A stretch of DNA of 41,531 nucleotides from a virus: UHGV virus genome UHGV-0397187; one strand, given 5' to 3'. The notes under the pieces are model-generated. The model worked only from the letters and a program-made list of their open reading frames with translations. It made no database searches and was not told the origin of the DNA. Made by a program: the position numbers and the translations under genes. This document shows positions 1 to 9,727 of the stretch, piece by piece; the stretch's first letter is position 1, and each line of letters starts with the position of its first letter.

Positions 1-55
1 GGTATCTGATTATCTCCTGTGCCCACATCCCTTTTCGCCGCTTCTCCCAAACCAA
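1..55 (-). CDS. tail-fibre variable C-terminal segment, 5' fragment (no own start codon; continues left of the window)
   Basis: Minus-strand translation of 1-55 reads [20 protein letters not shown], identical to the residues that follow the crossover site in the tail fibre at 39614-40309; DNA is the reverse complement of about 39951-40005. Confidence 0.5.
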   Translation of the reverse strand, partial: MVWEKRRKGMWAQEIIRY

Positions 56-67
56 CGTTTATGAAAA
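42..67. other. hix/gix-like 26-bp invertase crossover site (copy at window start)
   Basis: ttctcccaaacc-aa-cgtttatgaaaa: left half-site identical to the sites at 39939-39964 and 41482-41507; matches the recalled Hin hixL pattern TTCTTGAAAACCAAGGTTTTTGATAA in the conserved half. Confidence 0.6.
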
Positions 68-121
68 TGCAGAAATAACGAGCAAATGGCGTCATTCCTG
101 CTTTTGTCAGGGTGATCTACC

Positions 122-414
122 ATGTTTATAGGCTATGTACGCGCATCAACAAATGACCAGGACACCGATTTACAACGCAATGCGTTGATCTGTGCAGGAT
201 ATGAGCTGATTTTTTGAGGGTAAATCATCAGCATGAGACTAATAATTTAGCGTCCAATTCTGGGCTTTTTGGTTGCACCCTCTCCGCCCAGAATTGCGCG
301 CCAATTGGCCCAGAAAAAAACGCGAAGTTACAAGTTCCTCGCCAGAAGGTGGCGATCATCTATGATGTTGGCATATCGACTTTGTATAAGAAGTTTCCGG
401 TCGGAGATAAATGA
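122..414 (+). pseudogene. pin: serine DNA invertase (Pin/Hin/Gin family) remnant with internal deletion
   Basis: 122-217 encodes MFIGYVRASTNDQDTDLQRNALICAGYELIF then a stop (invertase N-terminus with the catalytic-Ser motif); the 214-414 frame ends ...RQKVAIIYDVGISTLYKKFPV, resembling the invertase C-terminal HTH; the central catalytic domain is missing. Confidence 0.7.
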
Positions 415-574
415 AACCGTAGCACGTCGTATGCAAGAACGTGCCACGGCTGGCTGATGGACGTTCGATAGCGCGAGTTTGAATGAAAATCAGCCGGAGG
501 TGATTTTACATAATTGTTGCGGAATCATTCAATATAGGGATTGCTTATTTCTGCCTGGATTGGTCTGAAATAGT

Positions 575-829
575 CCCGAAATTTTCTCTAAAAAACTCGA
601 AAAAAATGGTAACTAATTGAATGCATTAATATGCAATGGTACGTGTTTGGGATTAAAAGATGAGCGTAATTTTGCTTAACAAATTAATTTAAAAAGGGTT
701 TCTTGTTTGTTGACGAAAACAGGAATCGTATTCGGTCTTTTTTTAATTGTATTTAAAATCAATCAGTTGTAAACGTCTCCCCGAAATTCCCCGAAATTTA
801 CTCGAATTTCTGTATTCCGGTCTTTTTTG
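575..829. promoter_or_regulatory. AT-rich repeat-rich region downstream of int 3' end; candidate attL with integrase arm-type sites
   Basis: Tandem ccccgaaatt x2 at 779-798, cccgaaatt at 575-583, tattcggtcttttttt at 729-745 repeated as tattccggtctttttt at 813-829; sits where lambda-type prophages carry attL. Confidence 0.3.
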
Positions 830-875
830 GTTATATCACAACCAAAATACATTTAACAATCCATTTACGTTAAAA

Positions 876-1952
876 TCAGAGCAGTAAGTACGTTTTTTCT
901 CTCTCATCAAGGTACATTTTTGTTGTCTTCTCCGATGTGTGGCCAAGTAGACGCTGAGCAAATTCTTCTCCACATGTTTCTTTGTACAATCGTCCAGCCA
1001 GACTTCTGATCTCGTGAAAAGTTGGTGGGTTTTCACTGAACTGGATACCTGTTAATTTTCTGGCTGCGACAAATTTTTTTGTCAGGCCATCCGGGTGAAT
1101 GCTGCCGTCAGGGCTGTTTTTTCTAATCCCGGCACTGATTAGATAATCTCCCCGGCTTACCAGGCGGCATCGTTCAACTACTGTACCAAGTCGTAAACCA
1201 GCGACAGGAAGGCTGAGTGACAGGGGGATAGCAATCATCATTCCTGTCTTAATTTGCCTGATGTGGAGACGATCATCATAAATCTCACTGAACCGCATAT
1301 TTGTTATGTCTTCGCGACGTTGTCCTGTTACAAGGGCTAAGTCCATAGCTAATGGGAACCATGTCGGAAGTTGATCTGCTGCCTCCCTGATGCAGTTGTA
1401 TGTCTTTAGTTTCAGCCGTTCTCTTGTAACTACTATTTTCGGTGCTCTTGTTGGCGTTACTGGATTTTGAGATATACGTCCTTCAACAATGGCCTCGCGG
1501 AACATATCAGATAACACAGAACGCATTGATCCTGCCATCGTGTTTTTCCCTCCTTCAATCCACAAATCAAGAAACTCGGCAATATGGCGAGTGGTTATTT
1601 CTGTCAGTAAAACTCCTCCTAATTTTTCTTTTATTGTCTCCAGTTGATTTACCCGAATTTTATAAGTATTTCTGGACACTTTTCTCCTTATAAGAATCGT
1701 TTTGTAACGTTCAATCCAGTCTGCCATAGTAAATGAGTCGAACCCTTTTAGTTTTTCAATTAAGGTAGCAGGAGAGTAGTTTTTGTATATATAATGATTT
1801 GCTTCAATTGCCTGCGCTACTGCATCTCTTCTTGAAATTTTACCTAGTGTAAATTCTTCTTTCGTCAGAGGGTTGCGCCAGTAATATGCTTTGTCCCTCC
1901 TTCGATATGTTAAGTTTTTAGGCAAATTGGGATCGTATTTTTTCCGCTGCAT
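876..1952 (-). CDS. int: lambda-family tyrosine integrase
   Basis: 358-aa ORF; N-terminus [28 protein letters not shown]...EFTLGK parallels lambda Int MGRRRSHERRDLPPNLYIRNNGYYCYRDPRTGKEFGLG; C-terminal [15 protein letters not shown]...LLGH motif also conserved. Confidence 0.9.
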   Translation of the reverse strand: MQRKKYDPNLPKNLTYRRRDKAYYWRNPLTKEEFTLGKISRRDAVAQAIEANHYIYKNYSPATLIEKLKGFDSFTMADWIERYKTILIRRKVSRNTYKIRVNQLETIKEKLGGVLLTEITTRHIAEFLDLWIEGGKNTMAGSMRSVLSDMFREAIVEGRISQNPVTPTRAPKIVVTRERLKLKTYNCIREAADQLPTWFPLAMDLALVTGQRREDITNMRFSEIYDDRLHIRQIKTGMMIAIPLSLSLPVAGLRLGTVVERCRLVSRGDYLISAGIRKNSPDGSIHPDGLTKKFVAARKLTGIQFSENPPTFHEIRSLAGRLYKETCGEEFAQRLLGHTSEKTTKMYLDEREKTYLLL

Positions 1953-2205
1953 GTTTTAACTTCTCCAGTAACGGACTGTCTCTCCCTTGTCGCCCATTAG
2001 GCTGATGGTGTGTTATATCGGTATCAACCTTATTTGGGTTGATATAGAAAGCTTCCGGAACCACCCTGTAACTCCTCCCGTGTAGTTCAGGTGCAGGATA
2101 AATGTTTCCATTCCTTGCCCATCGTCTCAGCGTTGATATTGATGGTGGGTTATCCGGATATCTGAGTTTTCCCCACGTTTTGAGTGTCACAAGATTCATT
2201 GCCAT
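1918..2205 (-). CDS. xis: excisionase (Xis-like), overlapping int start
   Basis: 95-aa ORF immediately upstream of and overlapping int, as in lambda xis-int; small basic protein; position-based call. Confidence 0.5.
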   Translation of the reverse strand: MAMNLVTLKTWGKLRYPDNPPSISTLRRWARNGNIYPAPELHGRSYRVVPEAFYINPNKVDTDITHHQPNGRQGRDSPLLEKLKHAAEKIRSQFA

Positions 2206-2305
2206 ACCTCTTACGATATGACCGCCAGTAAATATACAGAATACTGGCGGGTGTGGTTGATTTTTAATAATCAGCTATGAAGTTCTAATTTGTATATAAT
2301 GCAAC

Positions 2306-2494
2306 TCACGAGGACAGAAGTTTCTCGCAATTAAAATTTATCAGCTTTACTTTCTGCTCTCTGGACACGCCTGCTTCTTTTTTCCCTGAGAGCATTTTTT
2401 CGCATTCTGATTTCGTTAATTTAGATTTTGAATATCTTGTCCAGTTAGTAGGAGTGCCACCTTCTTTTTCAATAGTGGCAGTTATTTTATACAT
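2306..2494 (-). CDS. hypothetical small protein (position of Rac ydaC); start uncertain
   Basis: ORF 2306-2566 on minus strand; a later Met is chosen to limit overlap with the downstream lar-like gene. Confidence 0.35.
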   Translation of the reverse strand: MYKITATIEKEGGTPTNWTRYSKSKLTKSECEKMLSGKKEAGVSREQKVKLINFNCEKLLSS

Positions 2495-2693
2495 GAACAC
2501 CTCCATTATTATTTCCAGTAGTTCGTTTATTCCATCTTTCGAGTGCTTCTTTTTCACTTCCACCATAGCCAGTTCGGGATTCGCATCCGTTGCATTTTGC
2601 CCGGTAATATCCTGAAATTGCTTTCACCGTAACAGATGGACAACCACAAAACGGACATGGTTTAACATCGTCATATCTCATAATTTTTGTCAT
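2487..2693 (-). CDS. lar: Lar/RalR-family restriction-alleviation protein
   Basis: MTKIMRYDDVKPCPFCGCPSVTVKA...KCNGCESRTGY: small protein with paired Cys motifs typical of the Lar family; sits directly upstream of recT as in Rac. Confidence 0.7.
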   Translation of the reverse strand: MTKIMRYDDVKPCPFCGCPSVTVKAISGYYRAKCNGCESRTGYGGSEKEALERWNKRTTGNNNGGVHV

Positions 2694-2737
2694 AAAAACT
2701 GTCTCACGTTGGCGGTGCATTACACCGCCAGGCTGAA

Positions 2738-3547
2738 TTATTCTTCTGAATTATCGATTACACTGTATTCCCCGGTTAATACAGAGGAGTCTGCCGGATC
2801 GATTGTCAGTGGTTCCTTTTCATCCATTGATACTGCACGCTGGATTTCAATTGAGACAGGCAGGTATTTAAACAGGCGACGAATAGCCGTTTTTTTTGCC
2901 ATTTCTTCCCAGTGAGTTACCCATGGCCCGTTATTACCAGCCTTACTCTGGCTGCGCACCAGTTCAATCTGTTTGCGCGTCATAACTTCAAACTGAGTCC
3001 CTCCGTCTTTCAGTCTTGCGACAGCATAGACGTGGGTCACTGGTGCATCTTCGTTTTCTCCCGGGCGGTGTATTAACTTTTCATCAAGGCCAAATTCAAA
3101 ACTAAACTCGTCACCTTCACGGACAACACGGGCTGACAGGCTGGCGATTTGACCAGAACGGCGAGCCAGATCAATCATGCCGCGATAACCAATGATTAGC
3201 TGAACGTTCTTTTTACCGCTCTTTTCGTTTTTATTACCAAAAGGCAGTAAATATGCGTGGCCGAGGGCGCTACCTGGCTCAAGGCCGAGCTGTGAACACT
3301 GAACGATCGCACTGACAAAACTCATGGTGTCACAGTTTCCTAGCGCCGGAACCTTACGAATTTCTGTGGTGGCGATACGTATCATTCGTTCAGCCGTCAT
3401 ATGGCGTGGGAGAGCTGCTGCCAGTTGCTCTTTCATTGATGGCTGATTAATAAAGCTGATCACGTCGTTATTTTTTACTGCTGCTGGTGCACGGTTTCCC
3501 TGGGTTTTTTGCAGATCGGCTTTTGCGATAGGTGGTTGCTTAGTCAT
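2738..3547 (-). CDS. recT: RecT single-strand annealing recombinase
   Basis: From [32 protein letters not shown]... the translation matches my recollection of E. coli Rac RecT essentially throughout. Confidence 0.95.
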   Translation of the reverse strand: MTKQPPIAKADLQKTQGNRAPAAVKNNDVISFINQPSMKEQLAAALPRHMTAERMIRIATTEIRKVPALGNCDTMSFVSAIVQCSQLGLEPGSALGHAYLLPFGNKNEKSGKKNVQLIIGYRGMIDLARRSGQIASLSARVVREGDEFSFEFGLDEKLIHRPGENEDAPVTHVYAVARLKDGGTQFEVMTRKQIELVRSQSKAGNNGPWVTHWEEMAKKTAIRRLFKYLPVSIEIQRAVSMDEKEPLTIDPADSSVLTGEYSVIDNSEE

Positions 3548-6173
3548 TTGCATACTCCTTAGCCCAGCGGGGCAGTGATAACGTTTTAATAGCTGGCCAT
3601 TCATCGGTATTCAGGCAGTCAGCCAGGGTCCTCAGATTGCGGTGATATTCCTGCTGGCCTGCCAGTTTTGCTTCTTCGCCCATCATGAAAATCTCAACCG
3701 GGTAACGTCCGCATTCAACAGTTGTGCTGGCAACCAGAAAAACGAAAGTTGGCAGCACGCCAAACTGTGCTTCATAACCGTCACTGTAGAATGCATCCTG
3801 AACGTGATAGCGGTAGTCGTAATAAGCCGTTTTGAATCGTTGAATATCCGCTGTGGTTTTCACGTCCATGATCCAGTGAAATTCAGGAATAATTTTGTCC
3901 GGACGGCACCGACACAAAATTCCTGTTTCCGGATCTTCCCAGTAAATTGATGATTCAGCGTGTCCGGCGCTTTCAACAAGCCATTGCCCCAGCGGCAAAG
4001 CCATAACGCTTTGATACATGAGTTCAATTTTCCGGCCTTCTTCCGCAGTGATAACCGTTTTTCCTGTGCTTGCGCATTCCATCAGAAACGCTTTCTCTTC
4101 TTCTTTTCCGGCGTTTGTACGGCGGTTAAATTCAGGTGCTACGATAAAGCGGTTACTGAATTCTTCCGGTTCAAGTACCCGGCAGTGGAAAGCGGTTCCT
4201 AAATCGAGCGTTTTTGTCTTTGTAGTGTCCACGGGGGCATTTTTACGCCACAAATACAGTGCCGGAGTATCAGCAATGTCATCGAGCTGAGACTTACTGA
4301 CACCGGGACCCGCGTGGTAATTCTCATTCGAAATTCCGTAATAAATACCTGGCTCTATGTCTTCTACGATTACGGGATCTGCGACTTCGCCAGTTTCATC
4401 ACTGCAATCGCGATGCGGATCGCTGCCAGCATTCTCATTGTGCGGATGTTCAGCGCCTTCCATTTCCTCCGGATCTTTTTCCTTAGCTTCAACCTGATTC
4501 TCTTCACCGAATGTTTCCTGGTATGTTGCGTCGCCCATCACCGCACCACAGTCAGGGCAGTTATCCCCGCCAGTCTGACCGCAGGCATTGCAGACTATTT
4601 CCGGTTCCTGTTGCACTACTGGCTCAGGTTGTTTCGCATCCGGGCTGATTTTTTCCGTTTCTGGCTGGTTCTGGTACACAGAATCGCGAGTCTGGATCCC
4701 CTTAACCCATTTCGGATCGTTCGGGTCGCTAATCCCTTCAACAAATTCTCCGCGAGAGGCAGCCAGTAATTTGTCTGCATCGACAGGATTTTTGGGCGGA
4801 ATGTTTTTCCGGGCTTCATGGAGTTCTGCCCGCAGTTTCTGATATTTCGCATCAACAGAATTTACCTGTGACTGAGCATCCAGCGACTGCGTGTCCTGAT
4901 GATGTTCAGTTGCATCCGGTTCCACTGTTTCAGCCGTTGCCTGTTCATCTGCCATTGCGCAAGATGGTTGCAGTTTTTCTTCATCATCCTGTTTTTCTTC
5001 TTCTGTTACACGCTGCGGCATCGGGGCAGAGGAACGACCGCAGGCAATATCCACGATTTCTGGATCAGGGTTGGCATGATCAGTTTCAGTCAGTACTTTG
5101 TTCAGATATTCAGTGACGTGTGCGGGGATAACCTCGATCCCAATTGGTGCTTCTTTTACGGACGCAACCACGATGGCGCGGGAATAATCCAGCCCACCAG
5201 GCATGGTGATGAATTTGTCGCGGAAAACAGAAAAGGGTGGTTTATTTTCAGCGATAATTTCCTCGACACGTTTAGCGTGTGCCGGATGAAGGTTATAAAT
5301 GTCCACGTCCATTGAACGAGCCAGTACGCCAGTGGCTACGTCGCGCGCCAGTGACGTCAGATCGTGAACGAAACCTTCGCCGCGATCGGTGAGGTTCCCG
5401 CCGCCAGCATTAGCGCCGGAAGCCGTGCGCGTGATGCGTGAAACACGATTTCCTTTCATCCACTCTTTTGTCAGCAGACCGCGATCGGTGTAGTCTGCGT
5501 CCAGGTATGCTTCGAAAAAAGCAGTCATCAGCCCCAGGCTTGAATTGCCTGGATTAGGGAAAACTCTGTCAGTATCACGCACCAGTTTGTGGAGATCGCG
5601 AATTTCCAGCGGGTCGAGCAGGCTGGTTTTGTGGGAAACAGCCAGGGCAGTAACAGCTGGTAGTTCTTCAGCTCGTGCAATGTGTAATGCCTGTAGTTCG
5701 TCGCGTGAAACGTGCGTTACCGGTTTTTCGCTGCCGTGTTGAGCAAGCCAGCGAATGGGCAGCTCCTGACCGGAAATCGGGAGTAGCATATTCTCCTCAA
5801 TCTCCGTCATGTCTTCGCCATTAACATTGGTATTGTCAGTGCTGGCTGGTTTGTCCTGCGCAGAGGATGAGGGCGCGATAAATACCATTGTGATGCCATC
5901 TTCCCCGCCTTTTTCGTAACGGTTGCAGAATTCCGTATCAAATACGCCTTCTGGTGGAAGGTCATCAACAACGGGCAAATTGACGCGAACAGGTTTTTTA
6001 AAGTCATCTTCATCGTAGCCAGCATCGTCAATCGCAACAGCACCACGGGAGATGGCAATGGATAATTTTTTCGCTTCAGCCCAGTAGAAACCGCCTTTAA
6101 TACCGAGACGTTTTCTTACTTTGTCATTTTTTGCTTCGTAATACAGTGGGTAAACTTGTTTATCGGTGCTCAT
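3540..6173 (-). CDS. recE: RecE exonuclease VIII
   Basis: 877-aa ORF; long stretches ([45 protein letters not shown]..., C-terminal ...[14 protein letters not shown]) match Rac RecE as recalled; N-terminal ~100 aa differ. Confidence 0.95.
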   Translation of the reverse strand: MSTDKQVYPLYYEAKNDKVRKRLGIKGGFYWAEAKKLSIAISRGAVAIDDAGYDEDDFKKPVRVNLPVVDDLPPEGVFDTEFCNRYEKGGEDGITMVFIAPSSSAQDKPASTDNTNVNGEDMTEIEENMLLPISGQELPIRWLAQHGSEKPVTHVSRDELQALHIARAEELPAVTALAVSHKTSLLDPLEIRDLHKLVRDTDRVFPNPGNSSLGLMTAFFEAYLDADYTDRGLLTKEWMKGNRVSRITRTASGANAGGGNLTDRGEGFVHDLTSLARDVATGVLARSMDVDIYNLHPAHAKRVEEIIAENKPPFSVFRDKFITMPGGLDYSRAIVVASVKEAPIGIEVIPAHVTEYLNKVLTETDHANPDPEIVDIACGRSSAPMPQRVTEEEKQDDEEKLQPSCAMADEQATAETVEPDATEHHQDTQSLDAQSQVNSVDAKYQKLRAELHEARKNIPPKNPVDADKLLAASRGEFVEGISDPNDPKWVKGIQTRDSVYQNQPETEKISPDAKQPEPVVQQEPEIVCNACGQTGGDNCPDCGAVMGDATYQETFGEENQVEAKEKDPEEMEGAEHPHNENAGSDPHRDCSDETGEVADPVIVEDIEPGIYYGISNENYHAGPGVSKSQLDDIADTPALYLWRKNAPVDTTKTKTLDLGTAFHCRVLEPEEFSNRFIVAPEFNRRTNAGKEEEKAFLMECASTGKTVITAEEGRKIELMYQSVMALPLGQWLVESAGHAESSIYWEDPETGILCRCRPDKIIPEFHWIMDVKTTADIQRFKTAYYDYRYHVQDAFYSDGYEAQFGVLPTFVFLVASTTVECGRYPVEIFMMGEEAKLAGQQEYHRNLRTLADCLNTDEWPAIKTLSLPRWAKEYAND

Positions 6174-6243
6174 TGTTTTTTAACCTCAACTCAGATTAAA
6201 ATTAATGCGAGTGATGAATAAATGTCCCTGGTTCTTCACTCAG

Positions 6244-6273
6244 GCCTGCACAGTGTGCAGGCTTTCTTTTTTC
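6244..6273 (+). terminator. plus-strand hairpin plus T-run (intrinsic-terminator-like) in the racC-recE intergenic region
   Basis: gcctgcaca-g-tgtgcaggc followed by tttcttttttc; all surrounding genes are on the minus strand. Confidence 0.3.
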
Positions 6274-6300
6274 AGATTTCACCTTTTAATTTCATTGCAA

Positions 6301-6546
6301 TCAGAGTTGCCAGAAATTCGGCTTTTTTTCTGCGGGCAGATTCTTTCCTATGTGCACCAGACACATTTTTTTAACACCATCGTTAAGTGTTTTAACGTTG
6401 CCTGATGGACCGTCGATATCAACCACAGTGAATGGGGTTTCTTTATTTTCTGTCTTAATCACGTAGCCAATACGCTTTCCTTCCAGGGTAACTTCGTGAA
6501 CAATGTCATCAGTAGTAACAACAGTGGCTTCATAACTGGTAATCAT
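6301..6546 (-). CDS. racC: RacC-like protein
   Basis: MITSYEATVVTTDDIVHEV...; strong RBS (aaggagaaaaac) before this Met; position after recE as in Rac. Confidence 0.7.
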   Translation of the reverse strand: MITSYEATVVTTDDIVHEVTLEGKRIGYVIKTENKETPFTVVDIDGPSGNVKTLNDGVKKMCLVHIGKNLPAEKKPNFWQL

Positions 6547-6620
6547 GTTTTTCTCCTTAATTAAGGTTGAGCGAATCCCTGCCATTGCTGGCATAAATTC
6601 AGTTTCGGATAGTCAGTTAA

Positions 6621-6790
6621 TTAAAGTTCGTGTGCCATCTGGTCTTTTTCGGCACAGATTTCACTACAATATTTTTTCATTTCCGTCGTTGGTATAACTC
6701 CACGCATGAAATGAAGTGGTCTTGTAATGATTTTGCTTTCTTCAATTTCTTTATTGCAAAGGTGATAAGCACATTTTATTTTCTTAGTCA
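6621..6790 (-). CDS. ydaE: YdaE-like small zinc-binding protein (missed by the ORF track, under 60 aa)
   Basis: Minus-strand translation [56 protein letters not shown]; four Cys; resembles Rac YdaE. Confidence 0.7.
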
Positions 6791-7012
6791 TTACCATGAC
6801 TCCGCCTTTACAGGTAAACCATCACGACCGAGGAAGACTCTAATCATGCAGTCAGAAATGCATGTTTTTGTAGTCAGGCTACGAATATAAAGTTTTCGCT
6901 TTTTAATATTGTTTGCCGAGGCGATATATGTCCGACCTTCATGAAGAACATAATCGCCAGGGGTCACACACTGACGTGGTATTTCATCAGTTCCGAAGTG
7001 ATGAGCAATCAT
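6791..7012 (-). CDS. kilR: Kil protein (KilR-like cell-division inhibitor)
   Basis: [46 protein letters not shown]...; matches Rac KilR as recalled; GGAG RBS precedes this internal Met. Confidence 0.8.
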   Translation of the reverse strand: MIAHHFGTDEIPRQCVTPGDYVLHEGRTYIASANNIKKRKLYIRSLTTKTCISDCMIRVFLGRDGLPVKAESW

Positions 7013-7407
7013 AATTATCTCCATTTTTACAAATGAACTTTGTTGATGCGGTGCCTGGTGCCTCCAGGTGACGTTAACCAGTTAACAATTAACGCCGGAT
7101 AATCCACCCATAACACTGATGCTTTTAACTGTGCCGCGTGCGCTTAGCCGCATTCACCGCATCACAAAATTCACTTTAAAAAGGGGCAGCAGGGCAGCCA
7201 CGGAGTAGAACTGATGCCGCCAAAGACTACACATAGCAATGTCGTTATTTACAACCGGAGGCGCACTCCCACCATTTAAATTTAACAGACAAGACCGACT
7301 CTTTATGAATACCGGAAATGCGCCTTCGTGTTGTGCGCCTGTCTTTTTACCACTTCAGGCTCGGTGGTATACTGGAGTTCTCACACAACCAGTAATAAGG
7401 TATTCCG

Positions 7408-7602
7408 ATGGATAATAAAGACAAAGCCTGGCTACTTGCTTTAGCTTTCAGCATCAGATCGCAGCGAGAAACAACTCATCAAGAATTTTTCTCGGAAATC
7501 GAGAATGCTGAGAATGAGTTTTTGTCACTACTCAATGAACGTGATGCTAAAAAAAGCGCCGATTCACTTAAGGCTTGGGCGAAACTAGGCTCTTCAAAAT
7601 AA
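7408..7602 (+). CDS. hypothetical protein (position of sieB in Rac, but much shorter)
   Basis: 64-aa ORF preceded by an extended -10 (tggtatact) at about 7360-7370. Confidence 0.4.
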   Translation: MDNKDKAWLLALAFSIRSQRETTHQEFFSEIENAENEFLSLLNERDAKKSADSLKAWAKLGSSK

Positions 7603-7786
7603 TTGCTTCTGTAGCGGCATGAACAACTGTTTTTGCCGCCTCTTCAACTTCCTTGTCTGGACGACCAGCCTTTACTTTTTCTGCAATGACCTCCAGCACA
7701 GTTGGAAGAACCTTGCTAATAAGCATGGCTGCCACATCTTTGCTGCACAATTGACCGTTAATAACAACCAGATCTTCACCAACCAT
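7568..7786 (-). CDS. hypothetical protein, convergent with the previous gene
   Basis: ORF 7568-7843; the internal Met at 7786 is preceded by an aagggga RBS. Confidence 0.4.
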   Translation of the reverse strand: MVGEDLVVINGQLCSKDVAAMLISKVLPTVLEVIAEKVKAGRPDKEVEEAAKTVVHAATEAIILKSLVSPKP

Positions 7787-7963
7787 CTTTTTTCCCCTTA
7801 ACGCCGGGTGGCGGAACGTTTTATCTACTGCGCTTTGTATCAATCAACAACTGCCGTCATGTTCGTATGCCTCAGGCTGGCTACTTAGCCCTGTTCAGTG
7901 GCTGGATAACTCGAGGTATTGTCCTGCCGTTCTCTGGTGGGGCGTTGTTTGGATATGCTTATT

Positions 7964-8001
7964 AAACACAATGTGTTTTCTTGTGTCAACACGAAATGTG
8001 T
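7964..8001. promoter_or_regulatory. operator-like palindromes downstream of repressor gene (OL-like)
   Basis: aacaca-a-tgtgtt at 7964-7976 and aacacg-aaa-tgtgtt at 7987-8001; same AACACA/TGTGTT half-sites as the site at 8564-8578. Confidence 0.5.
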
Positions 8002-8086
8002 TTTGTGGTGGGTGTCATATGATGATGGTACAAAAAAAGCCCGCTGATAGCGGGCTGATTGGCATATTACTGTGATAGCAAGATCA

Positions 8087-8506
8087 TTACTCCGGTGGGG
8101 GATTATCTTTAAGCCTGCCTCTCAAATATTTTTCTACATACTCATCGATTTCTTTTAGCCGGACTTCAAATAGCTCAATCATTCGTTGTTGTTCTGAGCC
8201 CGGTAGCTGGTTAAACAACTCAAGAAGTTTTCGTTGGGATTCATTTAACCACAATTCAGAAGATTCCTGTTCTCCAAAGAGGAGCTCAGGTGGAGATATG
8301 CCAAGAGCCTTTCCCAATACGACAGCGTCATGCACTCCAACATTTCTGCTGCCCGCCTCATAGTTACCTATACGCGATTGCGTCCATCCGCAGATTTCAG
8401 CAAGTTTTCCTTGAGATAAACCAAGCTTCTGCCTGCGCTCTTTAAGACGCATTGCAATTTTGTCATTGAGCCTACTAGCGGCAATTTTTTCGTTTTCTTT
8501 TTCCAT
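8087..8506 (-). CDS. prophage repressor, HTH (XRE-family, RacR/CI-like)
   Basis: RQKLGLSQGKLAEICGWTQSRIGNYEAGSRNVG is a classic HTH; divergent from a Cro-like gene across a 96-bp operator region. Confidence 0.8.
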   Translation of the reverse strand: MEKENEKIAASRLNDKIAMRLKERRQKLGLSQGKLAEICGWTQSRIGNYEAGSRNVGVHDAVVLGKALGISPPELLFGEQESSELWLNESQRKLLELFNQLPGSEQQRMIELFEVRLKEIDEYVEKYLRGRLKDNPPPE

Positions 8507-8517
8507 TGCATCCTTGT

Positions 8518-8578
8518 ATCACGAATCGTGATTTACATAAAACACAAAACAGCTTGACCATATAACACAAGATGTGTT
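8518..8578. promoter_or_regulatory. divergent promoter/operator region (OR-like) between repressor and cro-like gene
   Basis: Palindrome atcacga-a-tcgtgat at 8518-8532; palindrome aacaca-aga-tgtgtt at 8564-8578 lying between a ttgacc -35-like and taaaat -10-like element. Confidence 0.55.
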
Positions 8579-8602
8579 TAAAATTGTCATCGGAGGTTTT
8601 CA

Positions 8603-8845
8603 ATGAACAAAATTTCAACATATCGAAAACAGCTTGGGCTGTCTCAAAGACAACTCGCTGTTCAGTTAGGGTGGATACAAAGCCGACTGGCAAATTACGA
8701 AGCAAATTTTCGTACCCCTGGACTAGAGGAGTGCAGAAAAATTGTTTCTACCCTTAATCGGCTTGGCGCTCATTGTGGACTTGACGATGTATTCCCCCCA
8801 GACGGTAAGCATAGCGAAAACAGCATAGGAGCGGTTGATTCATGA
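8603..8845 (+). CDS. Cro/YdaS-like HTH regulator
   Basis: RKQLGLSQRQLAVQLGWIQSRLANYEAN: HTH paralogous to the repressor HTH; first gene of the rightward operon. Confidence 0.75.
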   Translation: MNKISTYRKQLGLSQRQLAVQLGWIQSRLANYEANFRTPGLEECRKIVSTLNRLGAHCGLDDVFPPDGKHSENSIGAVDS

Positions 8846-9264
8846 AAATCAGGCATGAGCACATCGAATCAGTGTTGTTAGCCCTGGCAGCCGAAAAAGG
8901 GCAGGCGTGGGTCGCTAACGCAATTACTGAAGAATATCTGCGCCAGGGGGGCGGCGAATTGCCCCTGGTACCAGGCAAGGACTGGAACAATCAGCAGAAT
9001 ATCTATCATCGTTGGTTGAAAGGTGAAACGAATGCGCAAAGGGAAAAAATTCAGAAACTGATCCCAGCAATTCTGGCAATCCTTCCGCGCGAGCTGCGTC
9101 ACCGACTCTGCATCTTCGATACCCTGGAACGCCGTGCATTACTGGCGGCGCAGGAAGCGTTGAGTACGGCAATTGATGCGCATGATGATGCAGTCCAGGC
9201 CGTTTACCGGAAAGCACATTTCAGCGGTGGTGGGTCGCCCGGCGATTCTGTCGTAGTGCATTGA
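8842..9264 (+). CDS. YdaT/CII-like regulatory protein
   Basis: 140-aa ORF directly after the cro-like gene, same size and position as Rac ydaT; family assignment by position and recollection only. Confidence 0.45.
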   Translation: MKIRHEHIESVLLALAAEKGQAWVANAITEEYLRQGGGELPLVPGKDWNNQQNIYHRWLKGETNAQREKIQKLIPAILAILPRELRHRLCIFDTLERRALLAAQEALSTAIDAHDDAVQAVYRKAHFSGGGSPGDSVVVH

Positions 9265-9309
9265 TTGAAATTAATCGTGCCGGATTGTTTTGTTCGGTAT
9301 CAGTTAAAT

Positions 9310-9727
9310 GTAACGCTGTGAGCGTTACAAGGTGAAAACAAATGGCTTCAAACTGGATAAAGCTCGAGGTTATTACGCCGGATAAGCCGGAAATATTCAG
9401 GCTTGCTGAGATTCTGAATATTGATCCAGATGCCGCATTAGGGAAGGTTATTCGCTTCTGGGCATGGGCGGATCAACAAATGATAGACGGTAATGCAGAT
9501 TGTAACGCTCGCGGCGTTACAAAAAGTGCAATAGATCGCATCACTTTTATGGCTGGTTTTGCTGATGCGTTAATTCAGGTTGGATGGCTGGTCGAAAATG
9601 ACGGTGGGCTTTCTCTACCTAACTTTGAACGTCATAACGGGAAAAGCTCTAAAAAACGGGCGGTTACAAACGAGCGAGTTACAAAAATACGCGAACTGAA
9701 ACGAAAAGGTAACGCTGGCAGCGTTAC
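9310..9727. repeat. iteron-like palindromes (candidate origin / initiator binding sites)
   Basis: gtaacgc-N5-gcgttac at 9310-9328, 9502-9520 and 9709-9727, plus half-sites (ggttacaaa, agttacaaa) near 9662-9690. Confidence 0.5.

Noticed and set aside
3642-5315. Several plus-strand ORFs (3642-3950, 3960-4202, 4018-4290, 4314-4769, 4588-4842, 4868-5116, 4899-5315) inside the recE region
   Set aside because: They are antisense to a confidently identified RecE with full-length family similarity, have no RBS and give low-complexity translations: shadow ORFs.
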